A stretch of 64,000 nt of DNA from Eledone cirrhosa (taxonomy: Eukaryota): contig OZ024743.1 of assembly GCA_964016885.1 (NCBI GenBank), positions 244,652,001 through 244,716,000 of the forward strand, given 5' to 3'. This document shows, piece after piece, positions 46,418-62,400 of the stretch (positions are counted from its first letter, which is position 1; every line of letters starts with the position of its first letter). The notes under the pieces were generated by a model. That model had not been told where the DNA came from and ran no database searches. It saw nothing but the letters and a program-made list of their open reading frames with translations. A program made the translations under genes and the position numbers.

Positions 46418-47172
<755 letters not shown>

Positions 47173-47231
47173 GAAAGAGAGAGAGAGAGAGAGATAAAGA
47201 GAATAAGAGAGATCAGTTTAACATGTTTATT

Positions 47232-47337
47232 TCGTTACACGTGTTTCACCAGTGGCCAGGCCCCAAACCATTCTGAATCATATAACTGTTATGTAACGAT
47301 AGGGACCGATTTCTCAGGGTATAACCGCACCAGACGA
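47232..47337 (-). ncRNA. Hammerhead-like motif with ~80-nt stem II region
   Basis: tcgt-CTGGTGC-(~80 nt)-GAAA-CACGTG-TA-acga; core degenerate. Confidence 0.35.
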
Positions 47338-47368
47338 GTACTAACAACGCCTGTTTAACACCAGTCTG

Positions 47369-47428
<60 letters not shown>

Positions 47429-49036
47429 TCGTAACAATATATATATTGTTATGGTTTGCTCCCTCCCGAACTCTATCTGGATATGCAATCTTTATACGCC
47501 CATCACATGCCTAACATGGCAGATCGCAAGCCTATCGGTAGTTTTGACAGCATGGTATGGAGATAACTAGCCCCTCTACCTAAGACCTGAACGCGTCCCT
47601 TGTTAACCCGCGCGAAGAACGATGCGGTAAGATTCTCTCTTTTTTTTAGCTCTTAGTTGCTCCAGGTACAGCCACTACTTCTCCGAATTGAAAGATCACA
47701 GCTCCGATATTACGGGTATGTGGTTAGAATATCCCAGGAAAGAATCGCTGGATAGATTTTACGGGCAAAACCAACCGACAGGAGATGGTTGGATCACACC
47801 TATGAGCTCGGTTGGTCGCACTTGGGATTCAACCGGGTTAATTGGAGACGTTGCTTCTGATAGGACCCACAGGAAGGAATGTTTGAGGACTCTGCCAGAA
47901 ATTAGGAATTTCCTTGAAAATATGACAAACATCTTTAATCGATTTTCGGATCTTATTGGAACCCCATCGGAAGACGTATATCATCCGCAGGGATGATACA
48001 CAATGATATATACAAGCAGTGTTATCAGTAATAGCAGCAGTAGTCATAGTAGTGAATATAACGCCAACATCAGCAGCAGAAGGGTCAAATCCATCCTCAT
48101 CCGCATTATCGTTGTTGTAGTATTAGTAGTGTTAATAAGAACTCTTTTTTTTCGGAAGTGAGAAACAATTTTACTCACTTCATAGACATAATCTTTCTTG
48201 TGTGGACATCAGTTGACGATAAGTGTTCCAATTGTTCAATCAATGAAATTAACGTTCAAGTGGATGAGCATTCCATAGACACACACATGTATTCTTAGGG
48301 AAATTCAGCGTCACACTATGTTTGACGAAGCAGGACTTTATGATTGTAAAGCGCACTTCTTAACCATTCAGGATTGCCGCGTCTGCTTCTGGGTAGTAGG
48401 TCGAGGCAGTTACGTCTAGTTTACAACTATGTGACATGTTAACATAACAAAATGACAAGATGACAACGTATCAGTATGATAAATGACTTTCCATCTGAGG
48501 TCTGGCGGCTGGTTTAAGTTTTATTGCTTAACTATGAGTGCCTTTTATTTAAAACGGGCTGGTTTGTGTTATCGCCAAACAGGGTACACTGGAGAGAATC
48601 AGATACATCAGGAGTCGTAAACTCGTACATACTCGTAGTTTTACTTTGGATACTACATAAGCACAAATGAATTTTCAGGTGCCTAAGTCCCATGTGGTTC
48701 AGGCAGAACCCGTTCCTGTGTATTTAGCACCATAGGCTAGCCATATAATGCGTGTCCCTTTCTCTCAGCTATGCTCTACATTATCCCAAATAAAATATAA
48801 ATAACTTATAGTTAGGCAAGCCGACAATTCTAGTTTTAGACACTTCTTGCTCTGACAACACTAAAAAAAAACTACTAAGCCTACATTTTTCAACTACAAA
48901 GTCCACACTCACCTACGACAAATTTATGAGACAGATCACAACTCAATGCGACACTCTCTTTCACTTTGGATATTTCCACAACGCCACTACGTAGCAAAGA
49001 AGTTTAAACGATTTATTTATTGATTGCATGAAATTA

Positions 49037-49228
49037 TCTGCGCCTCTATGAAGTCTGCGCCTCAACGAGGTCTGCGCTTCAAACAGGTCTGCGCCTCAAT
49101 GAGGTCTGCGCCTCAATGAGGTCGGCGCCTCAATGAGGTCGGCGCCTCAATGAGGTCTGCGCCTCATGAGATCTGCGCTTCATGAGGTCTGCGCCTCTAT
49201 GAGGTCTGCACCGCAGTGATGTCTGCGG
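49037..49228. repeat. ~17-bp minisatellite (GTCTGCGCCTCAATGAG), ~11 copies
   Basis: Direct tandem repeats. Confidence 0.85.
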
Positions 49229-49888
49229 CCTATGCGGGCTGCTTTGTTGACATTAATGGTAACACTGACCTTGGGTTTAGAGTTCTGCTTCTTAAAGAGG
49301 TATACCTCCGTAAACGGGTTATTTATAGCATCAGTGTCCCTCGTTAAGGTCTGTGACTTTGTATTTCCTTACCACGCGAATCTTACTGGAACACCCACCA
49401 AGTGATGTTGCTTTGTTGAAGTGTTACGATATTGTATGTATGTATGTATTGTGTGTGTATGTATGTATGTATAATGCGCGGTTTGGTTCCGAGCAAGCAG
49501 TTAGCCCACCGAGATTGAGAGACACCCTGGTCCTTGTTAGGACATTCTAGAAGGAACACTGATGTAAAACTTGTACCTCGATGGCAGTCAATGATGTTGA
49601 TCTGGTCTTCTTTTTGGATACCTGTTCCCGTTGTTCAGTGAGTGGGATTGGTCCAGTGCAAGGCTTTTCTTCGCTTAAAAAAGCTTCAAGGACAGGCCTT
49701 CCCCTCGGTTTTCTGAAATTTTGTCCTAATCGCCATCTTGCGGCACCGGTCTAGATTTAGACTTAATGAGAAGAGAAACATTTAAGTCAAGAATGACCGA
49801 GCATATATGATATGGACAAAGAAACCGTATAGAGTGGATCTTTTGTTGGTAAAGAAATATATGATAACGAACGATTTCCATAAAAAAA

Positions 49889-49909
49889 TCTGTATATATA
49901 TAAAATTAA

Positions 49910-49944
<35 letters not shown>

Positions 49945-50929
49945 TGTGTGTCTGTGTGTCTGTGTATTACCTATAGGGGCCTACATCTTACGACCGATTT
50001 TCATGAAACTTTACAGGCTCATAGATTAGTCACCGGGGAGTGTTTTCTATATATCAGCGTATCGTTTTTTTTTTTATTCCGGGGTCATTCCGCAGATAAA
50101 AATCGATAGGGAGTCACCTTTTTTTAGGTATCGAAAAATAAGATTTTTGGCTCTAGCTCCCACATTTTGCCACCGATTTCGTTCAAATTTTAAAGCAAAA
50201 TAGAATTTATCATTGCACATCCTGTAATAGATTTATATTTTGCATTTCTTGTTCAGGGACGGCGTGGCAGCCGCTTAAATATTCAAAAATACCACTTTTA
50301 GACTCAAATTTCCACTTTTTCGGCTTTAGCTCCCACATTAATCAACCTATTTTGTTCAAATTTTACACTACGCTAGATCTGATTATTTCACGTCTTAAAG
50401 TGGCTTTACATTTTGGATTTTTTTGTTCAGGAACGGCGTGGCAGCCGCTTAAATATACGAAAATACCACCTTTTCGCTTAAATTTCCGCCTTTTCGGCTC
50501 TAGCTTCCACATTTTTCAACCGATTTCGTTCAAATTCGAAACTTCGGTTCCACCTCACACATAAATCAATTTATTTGGTTCAACTTTTATACTACGATAG
50601 AACCTATCATTGCACATCTTATAGATGGTCAAAGGCAAAACGATGGCCACTGACGTCATCTGAGCTTTTAGTTGTGTATTTGAGAATTCATCGGTTTCCA
50701 ATCAAGTAGCGTGAGGAAATTTGGCTTAGTGTTAGAGGTCATTACTTCCCAGCATGCCCCTTCGTCAGTCACCCGCGTTTCTCAGTGATAGAAGTCATCA
50801 CCACCCTTCCCCGCATGTCCTGTGTGTGGCCATAGTTGAGTCATCGAGAAGCAGTCGCTAAGATCAATACCTTTTCATCAAAACAGATATTATTTTACCT
50901 ACCCAGGCAACGCTGGGTACTGCTGCTAG
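49889..50929 (+). mobile_element. Non-autonomous Helitron-like element
   Basis: A|TC start, internal (TG)n and three GGCTCTAGCTCCCACAT...GTTCAAATT subrepeats; hairpin CCCAGGCAACGCTGGG then CTAG|T (50926-50929). Confidence 0.7.
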
Positions 50930-51289
50930 TAATGAATAAATTCGCTCATGCAAATACACTAAACGGTATTAATGTATTACTAGGCTAACTGCTACATTCA
51001 TTTGGCATGACTTTAGTGTTTGTCTTGAAAGCAGTTAATTTGTATTCATCTCTAATTTGGTGACTGTTAAATTTGTTCACACTCTACTTGATATATATCA
51101 TTAGCAGAAAACAAAAACGAATGTGGGACGTTATTTTTGACAAGACATGCATCACTGACTTCATAAGCACGAACATATGTACATTTCGTGCAACATGTGT
51201 GTATATATATATTTTTTTTCTTTTTACAATAATAATAATATTCATGAAAATAAAATGAAAAATGAAAATAAGGAATGCGTGTTAAACAG

Positions 51290-53790
51290 TGTGGTTAATC
51301 CGTATGGTGAGCAAATGAGGTCCTACGTGCTGGCCTCCCCACAGCCCCGGCGAACAGGATGGAGAAGGCGTTTCCCCGGAGGATGGCAAGGGAGAGAAGA
51401 GCCATTCAAACTCGCGAGACTCACACCTGCGGCTGGCCAGCTCAGCGCCTATGGTGGTGAATAGGGAGGTAGCCCTAGGGCCAAGGACACCAGAAATCTC
51501 CACTGTCGGAGAGCGACCGGTACTTGGAGAATTTGGCCTCCTCAGCCCGACGTGCAGCAGTACCTGGGTTAGTCGCGGACTGCACCAGGTTGCGGCTGGA
51601 GAAAGTGTCGCTGCAAGTGGAATCCCAGACGTGGGGTTTGCCACCGCGGAACGGGAAGATGGTTATACCGTCTGGCCTTTTGCCGTCCCCTCGGTCCAGC
51701 CCCACCGGCTCCAGCTGGGATGGGGAGCCTGCAGCGTCCAAGCCATGCTTTATGACCTCGTTGAGGGCAGCATGGCGTGGAATGCGGTCGGCACTGTGGC
51801 GACAGGAAAGCGGGGGGAGGCCGAAAGAGTCCACGGTGGATCCACAGCGACATTTATGTGGCTCGCAGATCCGGAGGCCAAGCCTCAAGGAAACGCCGAT
51901 GTACAAGCTATCGTTATCCAGCTGCGTGGCAGTGGAGAAGGAGGGCAAGGCATGGAGCCAGGCACCACTGTAGGGTTTGGAGGCCACGCGAAAACAGGCA
52001 AGGCGGTGCTGGTAGAGCTGGCGCGTGAGCCTGTCTGAGGCCAGGCTGCACTGGATGGCATCCCATATGCTTTGGGAGGATTTGACGTCAGCAGGGGGAG
52101 AAGGAGGCTAAGTGCCAGCCGGTTCCACGTCTCACAGGCGGCCCCACGTTCCCTGAACACAGAGGGGTCCATTGTGTTTTGGAGAACACTTCTGACGAGG
52201 ACGCGGCATGAGGTTACCGATGAAAGAAACGCTGGCAAAGCCAGCGAGATCAGGGACCGGAGGCCCAGGCCGCCATATCTGACAGGTAAAGTGGCCTGTT
52301 GCCATCCAATGTCGTCAAACCTGACGTTGCATATCTCCTCAGCTGCCGCTCGGATACAAGTATCTAGGTCAGCGAGGAGAGATGCGTGGCTGTAGCACGG
52401 AGCGCTGCGAAGGGTGTAGAGGAGCTTCGGTATGGCGAAGCAGTTCCTCAACAGGAAGAGAGCTGGGTGGCCGTCGACACCTAGTTGTACTGGACTGAAC
52501 TCCTTACCCAGTTCAGGAGTTATGGACCTGCAGACCACCTTAGCAGCCAGCCTCCGGAAGACATTGCCCAAAGCGATGGGGCGTATGCCACCCTCTTTCT
52601 TCCTGAGAGCGGTCAGGCTAGCCGAAAAAAAGAGGTTCGGGCGTGAGGATCCAGGGCGCCATCGATAAGCCTATTGGTGAGTGCCACAATTGCACTCAGA
52701 AAGCGGCACCCAGCCTCAGTGGAGAGGGGCGACAGCAACTCCTTGAGGTCGCTTGGTCGAAGACCATCAGCACCTCTGCTGCTGCTAGTTGGGAAGGACT
52801 TGATGGCAGACATGATGTCTGCGTCGGAAGCCACAAGTAGCAGGTGGGGGATGGGTGGGGGTATGAGTCGGAGGTCAGCGGGTGGCTCAGGATGCTTGAG
52901 TCGCAGGGCAGCCAAGACCTCCTCGGTGGGCTGGAGGACAGTGTCCTCTGAGGCAACCAGTCTGACTGCGGCCGAGACATCACCCATAATAAGTTTAGCG
53001 TTTACGCGGTCACGCAAACGCTTGGCGCTGGCATGGAGGTGGGGGTGGAGGATTGTAGGCACCCAAGAGTAGGTGGTGTGGCGTCCTTCAGCACGCTTGG
53101 AATGGGCGCTTGCCCAAAGGACGAAATATTGGCCTTGACAAAGGCTGCTGTCAGGCAGCGCCAGAGCTGGAGAGGCCGAGGGCGAGTGGGGCGAAATAGA
53201 AGAGGCGCTCCCAGTCGCTGGCTCGATTGGAGTCCAGAGCACTCTCGATCGAGGAAGCGAGGGCATCGGCTACCAGAACCCGGGCTGCTCTCGGGATACT
53301 GAGCGGAATCTTCCGGACCCGCCTGAGCCGAGCGATGTTGACCAGCGAGGCTGTCTCGTCTGGTGGAGTGCCAGACGACCGTGGCAGACGAGGGGAAGAG
53401 ACAGTTTCTACATCTCCATGCTGCGAGGGCACTGGAAGCTCGATGCGTCAAGCCAACACAGGTGAGGTGGTGGAAGCAGTCGCACCCCGAACAGTTCCGG
53501 CTCCTCTTCCGTCTGTTCGCGGTGCTGCAAGTGCTGCAGATGTCGACTAGTGGGGATGGAGGATGGGGCGTGGAGCAGGGAACTGGAGTACCAAGCGGCA
53601 TCAGGGGTGAGTGGCTGGTTGTCACCAGCCTAGGTGCTGGGCACAACTGCATGTGGGTGGAAGGGAAAGTGTTGGTATGAGTGATGCCTCATAGCTCACC
53701 TACATCAGATATGGAGGCGACAGAAGACAAGATAAAAGAGAAAGGGGGGGTGCATGGAGGGGGACACACACACGAAAGTAGAAAGCTAGC
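51290..53790 (-). mobile_element. CRE-clade non-LTR retrotransposon (PHD finger, deleted RT, zinc motif, restriction-like endonuclease), frameshifted
   Basis: C4HC3 motif CSTC..CSGCDCFHHLTC..WRCRNC; RT N-part SRGADGLRP, KKEGGIRPIALGNVFRRLAAK..PVQLGV; QQATLPVRYGGLGL; CRCG..C; RH..EP..GKRPDG..WDSTC RLE. Confidence 0.85.
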
Positions 53791-54380
53791 AAATAAATGA
53801 ATGAATGAATGGATGTACAAAAAGAAAATAGGAGGTTGTTCCTAGCGGAATGACCCAAAGGTTGTTATTGTCACTGATGCTGGAGTTGGCTTCCTCTTGT
53901 TAATGGTGGTGGTAGTGATTACTGGTAAGATGGTGTATACATATATGTTGTTGTTATTGTCACTTCCGCTGTCGTATCCTTCCTCTTGTTAATGGTAGTG
54001 GTAGTTGAACCGATGCCTATTTCGGCTGCCAGGCAGGCTGCTAAGGTTTCGAATGCCTTCTTTCACCAAAGATGCGTGGTCGTTGTTATTGCCACTGTTG
54101 CTGTCGTTGCCTTCCTTTTGGTAAAGGTAGTGATAATTGTTGGTGCTACCTATTTCGGCTGTCAAGAGTTTCAACAGCTAGTTCCGAACGCTATATATAT
54201 ATATATAAAGCAATGCAAATATCGGATAAGTAGCACTCTACAGTTTGTAGGACTGGAGTATAAATAATATAAGATCAAAAGATGGTTAGGGTATGATGAT
54301 ATTTGTTTTTGAAATGCGCATAATAAAACACTTGGAACTCTTTTAACCATCTTTTGATCTTATATTATATATATTATAAA

Positions 54381-55254
54381 TTATGTCCATAGAATCATTT
54401 GATAAGATATATACACCATTTCCTCTCCCAATTAGCAAAATCAACCACACAAAAAACCAATTAAACCAGGCTATAAGATTAAAAGGCACCTATGAAGAAA
54501 TAATAGATAAATAAACGACAGCCATCAATTCGCGATCAACAGCTATAGAATATTTACCCAGCATTTCAATAGCACGTGGAAATCGATTACATATATCGTC
54601 AACCATACACAATTAAGTATAAAATTAAAGTTAGAAGAAAAAATGCATATACACATACCAGGATTACGTTTCTACCCTTTAGGATTTCGTTCGCTTTTGG
54701 AAATATCCTATCAAGGATAAATTCTCGAGCTTCGAACTCATCAGGAAACAAACTCATTTGGACGAAGATTTTTCTTAAATGATCCCCGCCAGAAACGAAT
54801 TCAAAATGGCTAAGAACTGTGACGTGGCAGTGGTCAAGTCAGAAAGAATGTGATTGGTGCCTTACGGCGAGTGGGCTGGTTGCTAGAAAGTGCAGCTTAA
54901 TATTGCCTAAATTGCATCTCAACCTTATGGGAGATTATCAAATATAAAGATTTACATATACACAAACTAGACAAAGTCATAGATATATGTTTTTGGCAAC
55001 CATTCACGATGTGGCTCAATGATGAATTAATAAATTAAATAATCAGCAATATACTATAATTTATGTCCATAGAATCATTTGATAAGATATATACACCATT
55101 TCCTCTCCCAATTAGCATAATCAACCACACAAAAAAACAATTAAACCAGACTATAAGATTAACAGGCACCTATGAAGAAATAATAGATAAATAAACTACA
55201 GTCATCTATTCGCGATCAACAGCTATAGAATTTCAATAGCACGTGGAAATCGAT

Positions 55255-55256
<2 letters not shown>
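54381..55256. repeat. ~200-bp direct repeats (54381-54588 and 55060-55256)
   Basis: TTATGTCCATAGAATCATTTG...AGCACGTGGAAATCGATTA present twice with a few differences. Confidence 0.8.
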
Positions 55257-55331
<75 letters not shown>

Positions 55332-56496
55332 ATGCGTCTGTGTTGTTAGCTTATTCGATTGATTGATTGTAGTTGTTTGCTTAGTTGTTTGGTTCATTTG
55401 TGGTGTTGCGAGATGAGTTGAATTAGTTGAATGAATGGTTCGTTGGAAAGTGAGCAAAGTGGGTCTCAGTGAGTTCAGAGAATTGTTGTTGTGCAGTATT
55501 GCCATGATTGGTAAAAACAAGTAGTTGTAGTCGCTGATTGTGGCAATGTAAATCAACAAGGAAAAAACCACATGGGAGAGCAATACAGTACATTGATATA
55601 TATATATATATATATTAGTTTAATGTTTGATATAGTAGGAAAAGTGACTTAGATTTTCGGATGTTAGTTCTTCATCAGAAGATAGACTGTGTGTGTGTGT
55701 GTGTGTGTGTGTGAGTGTGAGAGAGAGATAGAGAGGGAGGGGGAGGAGAAGAAGAAGAAGAAAAGATAAACGAGAATAAGAAACGCAAGAAAACGAGGAA
55801 AATATATTTTGAGGAGGAAAACACGTGTAGTTGACCACATATATATCTATTTATTCAGTTTCTGTAATTGAATAGTTGATAAAGCTGTGTTGTACCTGTA
55901 ATACAAAGGAGTCAGCTTTGTATTACACTGCATCGCATTAAGGGTAAGAACGCGTGTCTTTGGAATGCTCAGCCACTTACACGTTAATTTCATGAGCCGG
56001 CAACACCAACAATAACAACCGCTACAACAGACACAACAACAACAGCTACAACGACGACGACAACAACAACAACAACAATAACAACGACAACAACAACGAC
56101 AACAACGATGACGACAACGACAACAACAACGACAACAACGACTACGACGACGACGACGACGACGACAACAACAATTTGGATTGTTTACATATCTTACGTG
56201 TATACATACTCATACAAACACTTTTAAATATCGCCAGCCATTATATAGCCACCCAACAATAACACATGTAAACAACCACACCACCACCACAACGACGACG
56301 ACCACCACCACCACCACCACCACCACCACCACCACCACCAACATCACCACCACCACCACCACCACCTCAACTACCACCACCACCACCGTAAACAACAGCT
56401 CAATAATAAATCGAAGCTAAAGTCCATTGCCGGTATTAAGGAGGGATTAATGTTATAATCCCTGATTGAACTTCTAACTAGGTTGATCTTTCTTCT

Positions 56497-59400
56497 ACTA
56501 GCACCACTACCACCAATACCACCAGCACCACTACCGCCAATACCACCAGCACCACTACCGCCAATACCACCAGCACCACTACCACCAATACCACCAGCAC
56601 CACTACCGCCAACACCACCAGCACCACTACCGCCAATACCACCAGCACCACTACCGCCAACACCACCAGCACCACTACCTCCAATACCACCAGCACCACT
56701 ACCACCACTACCACCAGCACCACTACCGCCAATACCACCAGCACCACTACCGCCAATACCACCAGCACCACTACCACCACTACCACCAGCACCACTACCG
56801 CCAATACCACCAGCACCACTACCGCCAATACCACCAGCACCACTACCTCCAATACCACCAGCACCACTACCTCCAACACCACCAGCACCACTACCGCCAA
56901 TACCACCAGCACCACTACCTCCAATACCACTAGCACCACTACCGCCAATACCACCAGCACCACTACCGCCAATAACACCAGCACCACTACCACCACTACC
57001 ACCAGCACCACTACCGCCAATACCACCAGCACCACTACCGCCAATACCACCAGCACCACTACCGCCAACACCACCAGCACCACTACCGCCACTACCACCA
57101 GCACCACTACCGCCAATACCACCAGCACCACTACCGCCAATACCACCAGCACCACTACCGCCAACACCACCAGCACCACTACCGCCAATACCACCAGCAC
57201 CACTACCGCCAATACCACCAGCACCACTACCGCCAACACCACCAGCACCACTACCACCACTACCACCAGCACCACTACCACCAACACCACCAGCACCACT
57301 ACCACCACTACCACCAGCACCACTACCGCCAATACTACCAGCACCACTACCTCCAATACCACCAGCACCACTACCGCCAACACCACCAGCACCACTACCG
57401 CCAACACCACCAGCACCACTACCGCCAACACCACCAGCACCACTCCTGACAACACCACCAGCACCACTACCTCCAACACCACCAGCACTACTACCGCCAA
57501 CACCACCAGCACCACTACCGCCACTACCACCAGCACCACTACCGCCAATACTACCAGCACCACTACCTCCAATACCACCAGCACCACTACCGCCAACACC
57601 ACCAGCACCACTACCGCCAACACCACCAGCACCACTACCGCCAACACCACCAGCACCACTACCGCCAACACCACCAGCACCACTCCTGACAACACCACCA
57701 GCACCACTACCTCCAATACCACCAGCACCACTACCGCCAACACCACCAGCACCACAACCTCCAATACCACCAGCACCACTACCGCCAACACCACCAGCAC
57801 CACTACCGCCAATACCACCAGCACCACTACCGCCAACACCACCAGCACCACTACCTCCAATACCACCAGCACCACTACCTCCAACACCACCAGCACCACT
57901 ACCGCCAACACCACCAGCACCACTACCGCCAACACCACCAGCACCACTACCGCCAACACCACCAGCACCACTACCGCCAACACCACCAGCACCACTCCTG
58001 ACAACACCACCAGCACCACTACCTCCAATACCACCAGCACCACTACCGCCAACACCACCAGCACCACTACCGCCACTACCACCAGCACCACTACCGCCAC
58101 TACCACCAGCACCACTACCGCCAATACCACCAGCACCACTACCACCAGCACCACTACCGCCAACACCACCAGCACCACTACCGCCAACACCACCAGCACC
58201 ACTACCTCCAATACCACCAGCACCACTACCGCCAACACCACCAGCACCACTACCGCCAACACCACCAGCACCACTACTGCCAACACCACCAGCACCACTA
58301 CCTCCAACACCACCAGCACCACTACCTCCAATACCACCAGCACCACTACCGCCAACACCACCAGCACCACTACCGCCAACACCACCAGCACCACTACCTC
58401 CAACACCACCAGCACCACTACCTCCAACACCACCAGCACCACTACCTCCAACACCACCAGCACCACTACCGCCAACACCACCACCACCACTACCGCCAAC
58501 ACCACCACCACCACTACCGCCAACACCACCAGCACCACTACCGCCAACACCACCAGCACCACTACCGCCAACACCACCAGCACCACTACCGCCAACACCA
58601 CCACCACCACTACCGCCAACACCACCAGCACCACTACCGCCAACACCACCAGCACCACTACTGCCAACACCACCAGCACCACTACCTCCAACACCACCAG
58701 CACCACTACCGCCAATACCACCAGCACCACTACCGCCAATACCACCAGCACCACTACCTCCAACACCACCAGCACCACTACCTCCAACACCACTAGCACC
58801 ACTACCGCCAACACCACCAGCACCACTACTGCCAACACCACCAGCACCACTACCTCCAATACCACCAGCACCACTACCGCCAATACCACCAGCACCACTA
58901 CCGCCAATACCACCAGCACCACTACCTCCAACACCACCAGCACCACTACCTCCAACACCACTAGCACCACTACCGCCAACACCACCAGCACCACTACTGC
59001 CAACACCACCAGCACCACTACCTCCAACACCACTAGCACCACTACCGCCAACACCACCAGCACCACTACTGCCAACACCACCAGCACCACTACCTCCAAC
59101 ACCACCAGCACCACTACCGCCAACACCACCAGCACCACTACCTCCAACACCACCAGCACCACTACCTCCAATACCACCAGCACCACTACCGCCAATACCA
59201 CCAGCACCACTACCTCCAACACCACCAGCACCACTACCTCCAACACCACCAGCACCACTACCTCCAATACCACCAGCACCACTACCGCCAACACCACCAG
59301 CACCACTACTGCCACTACCACCAGCACCACTACCTCCAACACCACCAGCACCACTACCGCCAATACCACCAGCACCACTACCGCCAACACCACCAGCACC

Positions 59401-62400
59401 ACTACCTCCAATACCACCAGCACCACTACCTCCAACACCACCAGCACCACTACCGCCAATACCACCAGCACCACTACTGACAACACCACCAGCACCACTA
59501 CCTCCAACATCACCAGCACCACTACCGCCAACACCACCAGCACCACTACCTCCAATACCACCAGCACCACTACCTCCAATACCACCAGCACCACTACCGC
59601 CAACACCACCAGCACCACTACCTCCAACACCACCAGCACCACTACCGCCAATACCACCAGCACCACTACCTCCAACACCACCAGCACCACTACCTCCAAT
59701 ACCACCAGCACCACTACCTCCAATACCACCAGCACCACTACCGCCAATACCACCAGCACCACTACCTCCAATACCACCAGCACCACTACCTCCAATACCA
59801 CCAGCACCACTACCGCCAACACCACCAGCACCACTACCTCCAATACCACCAGCACCACTACCTCCAATACCACCAGCACCACTACCTCCAATACCACCAG
59901 CACCACTACCGCCAACACCACCAGCACCACTACCTCCAATACCACCAGCACCACTACCTCCAATACCACCAGCACCACTACCGCCAACACCACCAGCACC
60001 ACTACCTCCAACACCACCAGCACCACTACCGCCAATACCACCAGCACCACTACTGACAACACCACCAGCACCACTACCGCCAACACCACCAGCACCACTA
60101 CCTCCAACACCACCAGCACCACTACCGCCAATACCACCAGCACCACTACTGACAACACCACCAGCACCACTACCGCCAACACCACCAGCACCACTACCTC
60201 CAACACCACCAGCACCACTACCGCCAATACCACCAGCACCACTACTGACAACACCACCAGCACCACTACCGCCAACACCACCAGCACCACTACCTCCAAC
60301 ACCACCAGCACCACTACCTCCAATACCACCAGCACCACTACCGCCAATACCACCAGCACCACTACCGCCAACACCACCAGCACCACTACCGCCAACACCA
60401 CCTGCACCACTACCGCCAACACCACCAGCACCACTACCGCCAACACCACCAGCACCACTACCGCCAACACCACCAGCACCACTACCTCCAACACCACCAG
60501 CACCACTACCTCCAATACCACCAGCACCACTACCGCCAACACCACCAGCACACTACCGCCAACACCACCAGCACCACTACCGCCACTACCACCAGCACCA
60601 CTACCGCCAACACCACCAGCACTACTACCTCCAATACCACCAGCACCACTACCGCCAACACCACCAGCACCACTACCGCCACTACCACCAGCACCACTAC
60701 CGCCAACACCACCAGCACTACTACCTCCAATACCACCAGCACCACTACCGCCAACACCACCAGCACCACTACCGCCAACACCACCAGCACCACTACCGCC
60801 ACTACCACCAGCACCACTACCGCCAACACCACCAGCACTACTACCTCCAATACCACCAGCACCACTACCTCCAACACCACCAGCACCACTACCTCCAATA
60901 CCACCAGCACCACTACCGCCAACACCACCAGCACCACTACCTCCACTACCACCAGCACCACTACCTCCAATACCACCAGCACCACTACCGCCAACACCAC
61001 CAGCACCACTACCGCCAACACCACCAGCACCACTACCTCCAACACCACCAGCACCACTACTGCCAATACCACCAGCACCACTACCTCCAACACCACCAGC
61101 ACCACTACCGCCAATACCACCAGCACCACTACCTCCAATACCACCAGCACCACTACCTCCAACACCACCAGCACCACTACCGCCACTACCACCAGCACCA
61201 CTACCGCCAATACCACCAGCACCACTACCGCCAATACCACCAGCACCACTACCGCCAACACCACCAGCACCACTACCGCCAATACCACCAGCACCACTAC
61301 CGCCAACACCACCAGCACCACTACCTCCAACACCACTAGCACCACTACCGCCAACACCACTACCACCACTACCGCCAACACCACCAGCACCACTACCGCC
61401 AACACCACCAGCACCACTACTGCCACTACCACCAGCACCACTACCTCCAACACCATTAGCACCACTACCGCCACTACCACCAGCACCACTACCGCCAATA
61501 CCACCAGCACCACTACCGCCAATACCACCAGCACCACTACCTCCAACACCACAAGCACCACTACTGCCAACACCACCAGCACCACTACCGCCAATACCAC
61601 CAGCACCACTACCGCCAATACCACGAGCACCACTACCTCCAACACCACCAGCACCACTACTGCCAACACCACCAGCACCACTACCGCCAATACCACCAGC
61701 ACCACTACCGCCAATACCACCAGCACCACTACCTCCAACACCACAAGCACCACTACTGCCAACACCACCAGCACCACTACCGCCAACACCACCAGCACCA
61801 CTACCGCCAATACCACCAGCACCACTACCTCCAACACCACCAGCACCACTACCTCCAACACCACCAGCACCACTACCGCCAACACCACCAGCACCACTAC
61901 CGCCAATACCACCAGCACCACTACCTCCAACACCACCAGCACCACTACTGCCAACACCACCAGCACCACTACCGCCAACACCACCAGCACCACTACCTCC
62001 AACCCCACCAGCACCACTACCGCCAATACCACGAGCACCACTACCTCCAACACCACCAGCACCACTACTGCCAATACCACCAGCACCACTACCTCCAACA
62101 CCACCAGCACCACTACCGCCAATACCACCAGCACCACTACCTCCAATACCACCAGCACCACTACCTCCAACACCACCAGCACCACTACCGCCAATACCAC
62201 CAGCACCACTACCTCCAACACCACCAGCACCACTACCGCCACTACCACCAGCACCACTACCGCCAATACCACCAGCACCAACACCACCAGCACCACTACC
62301 GCCAACACCACCAGCACCACTACTGCCAACACCACCAGCACCACTACCGTCAACACCACCAGCACCACTACCGCCAATACCACCAGCACCACTACCTCCA

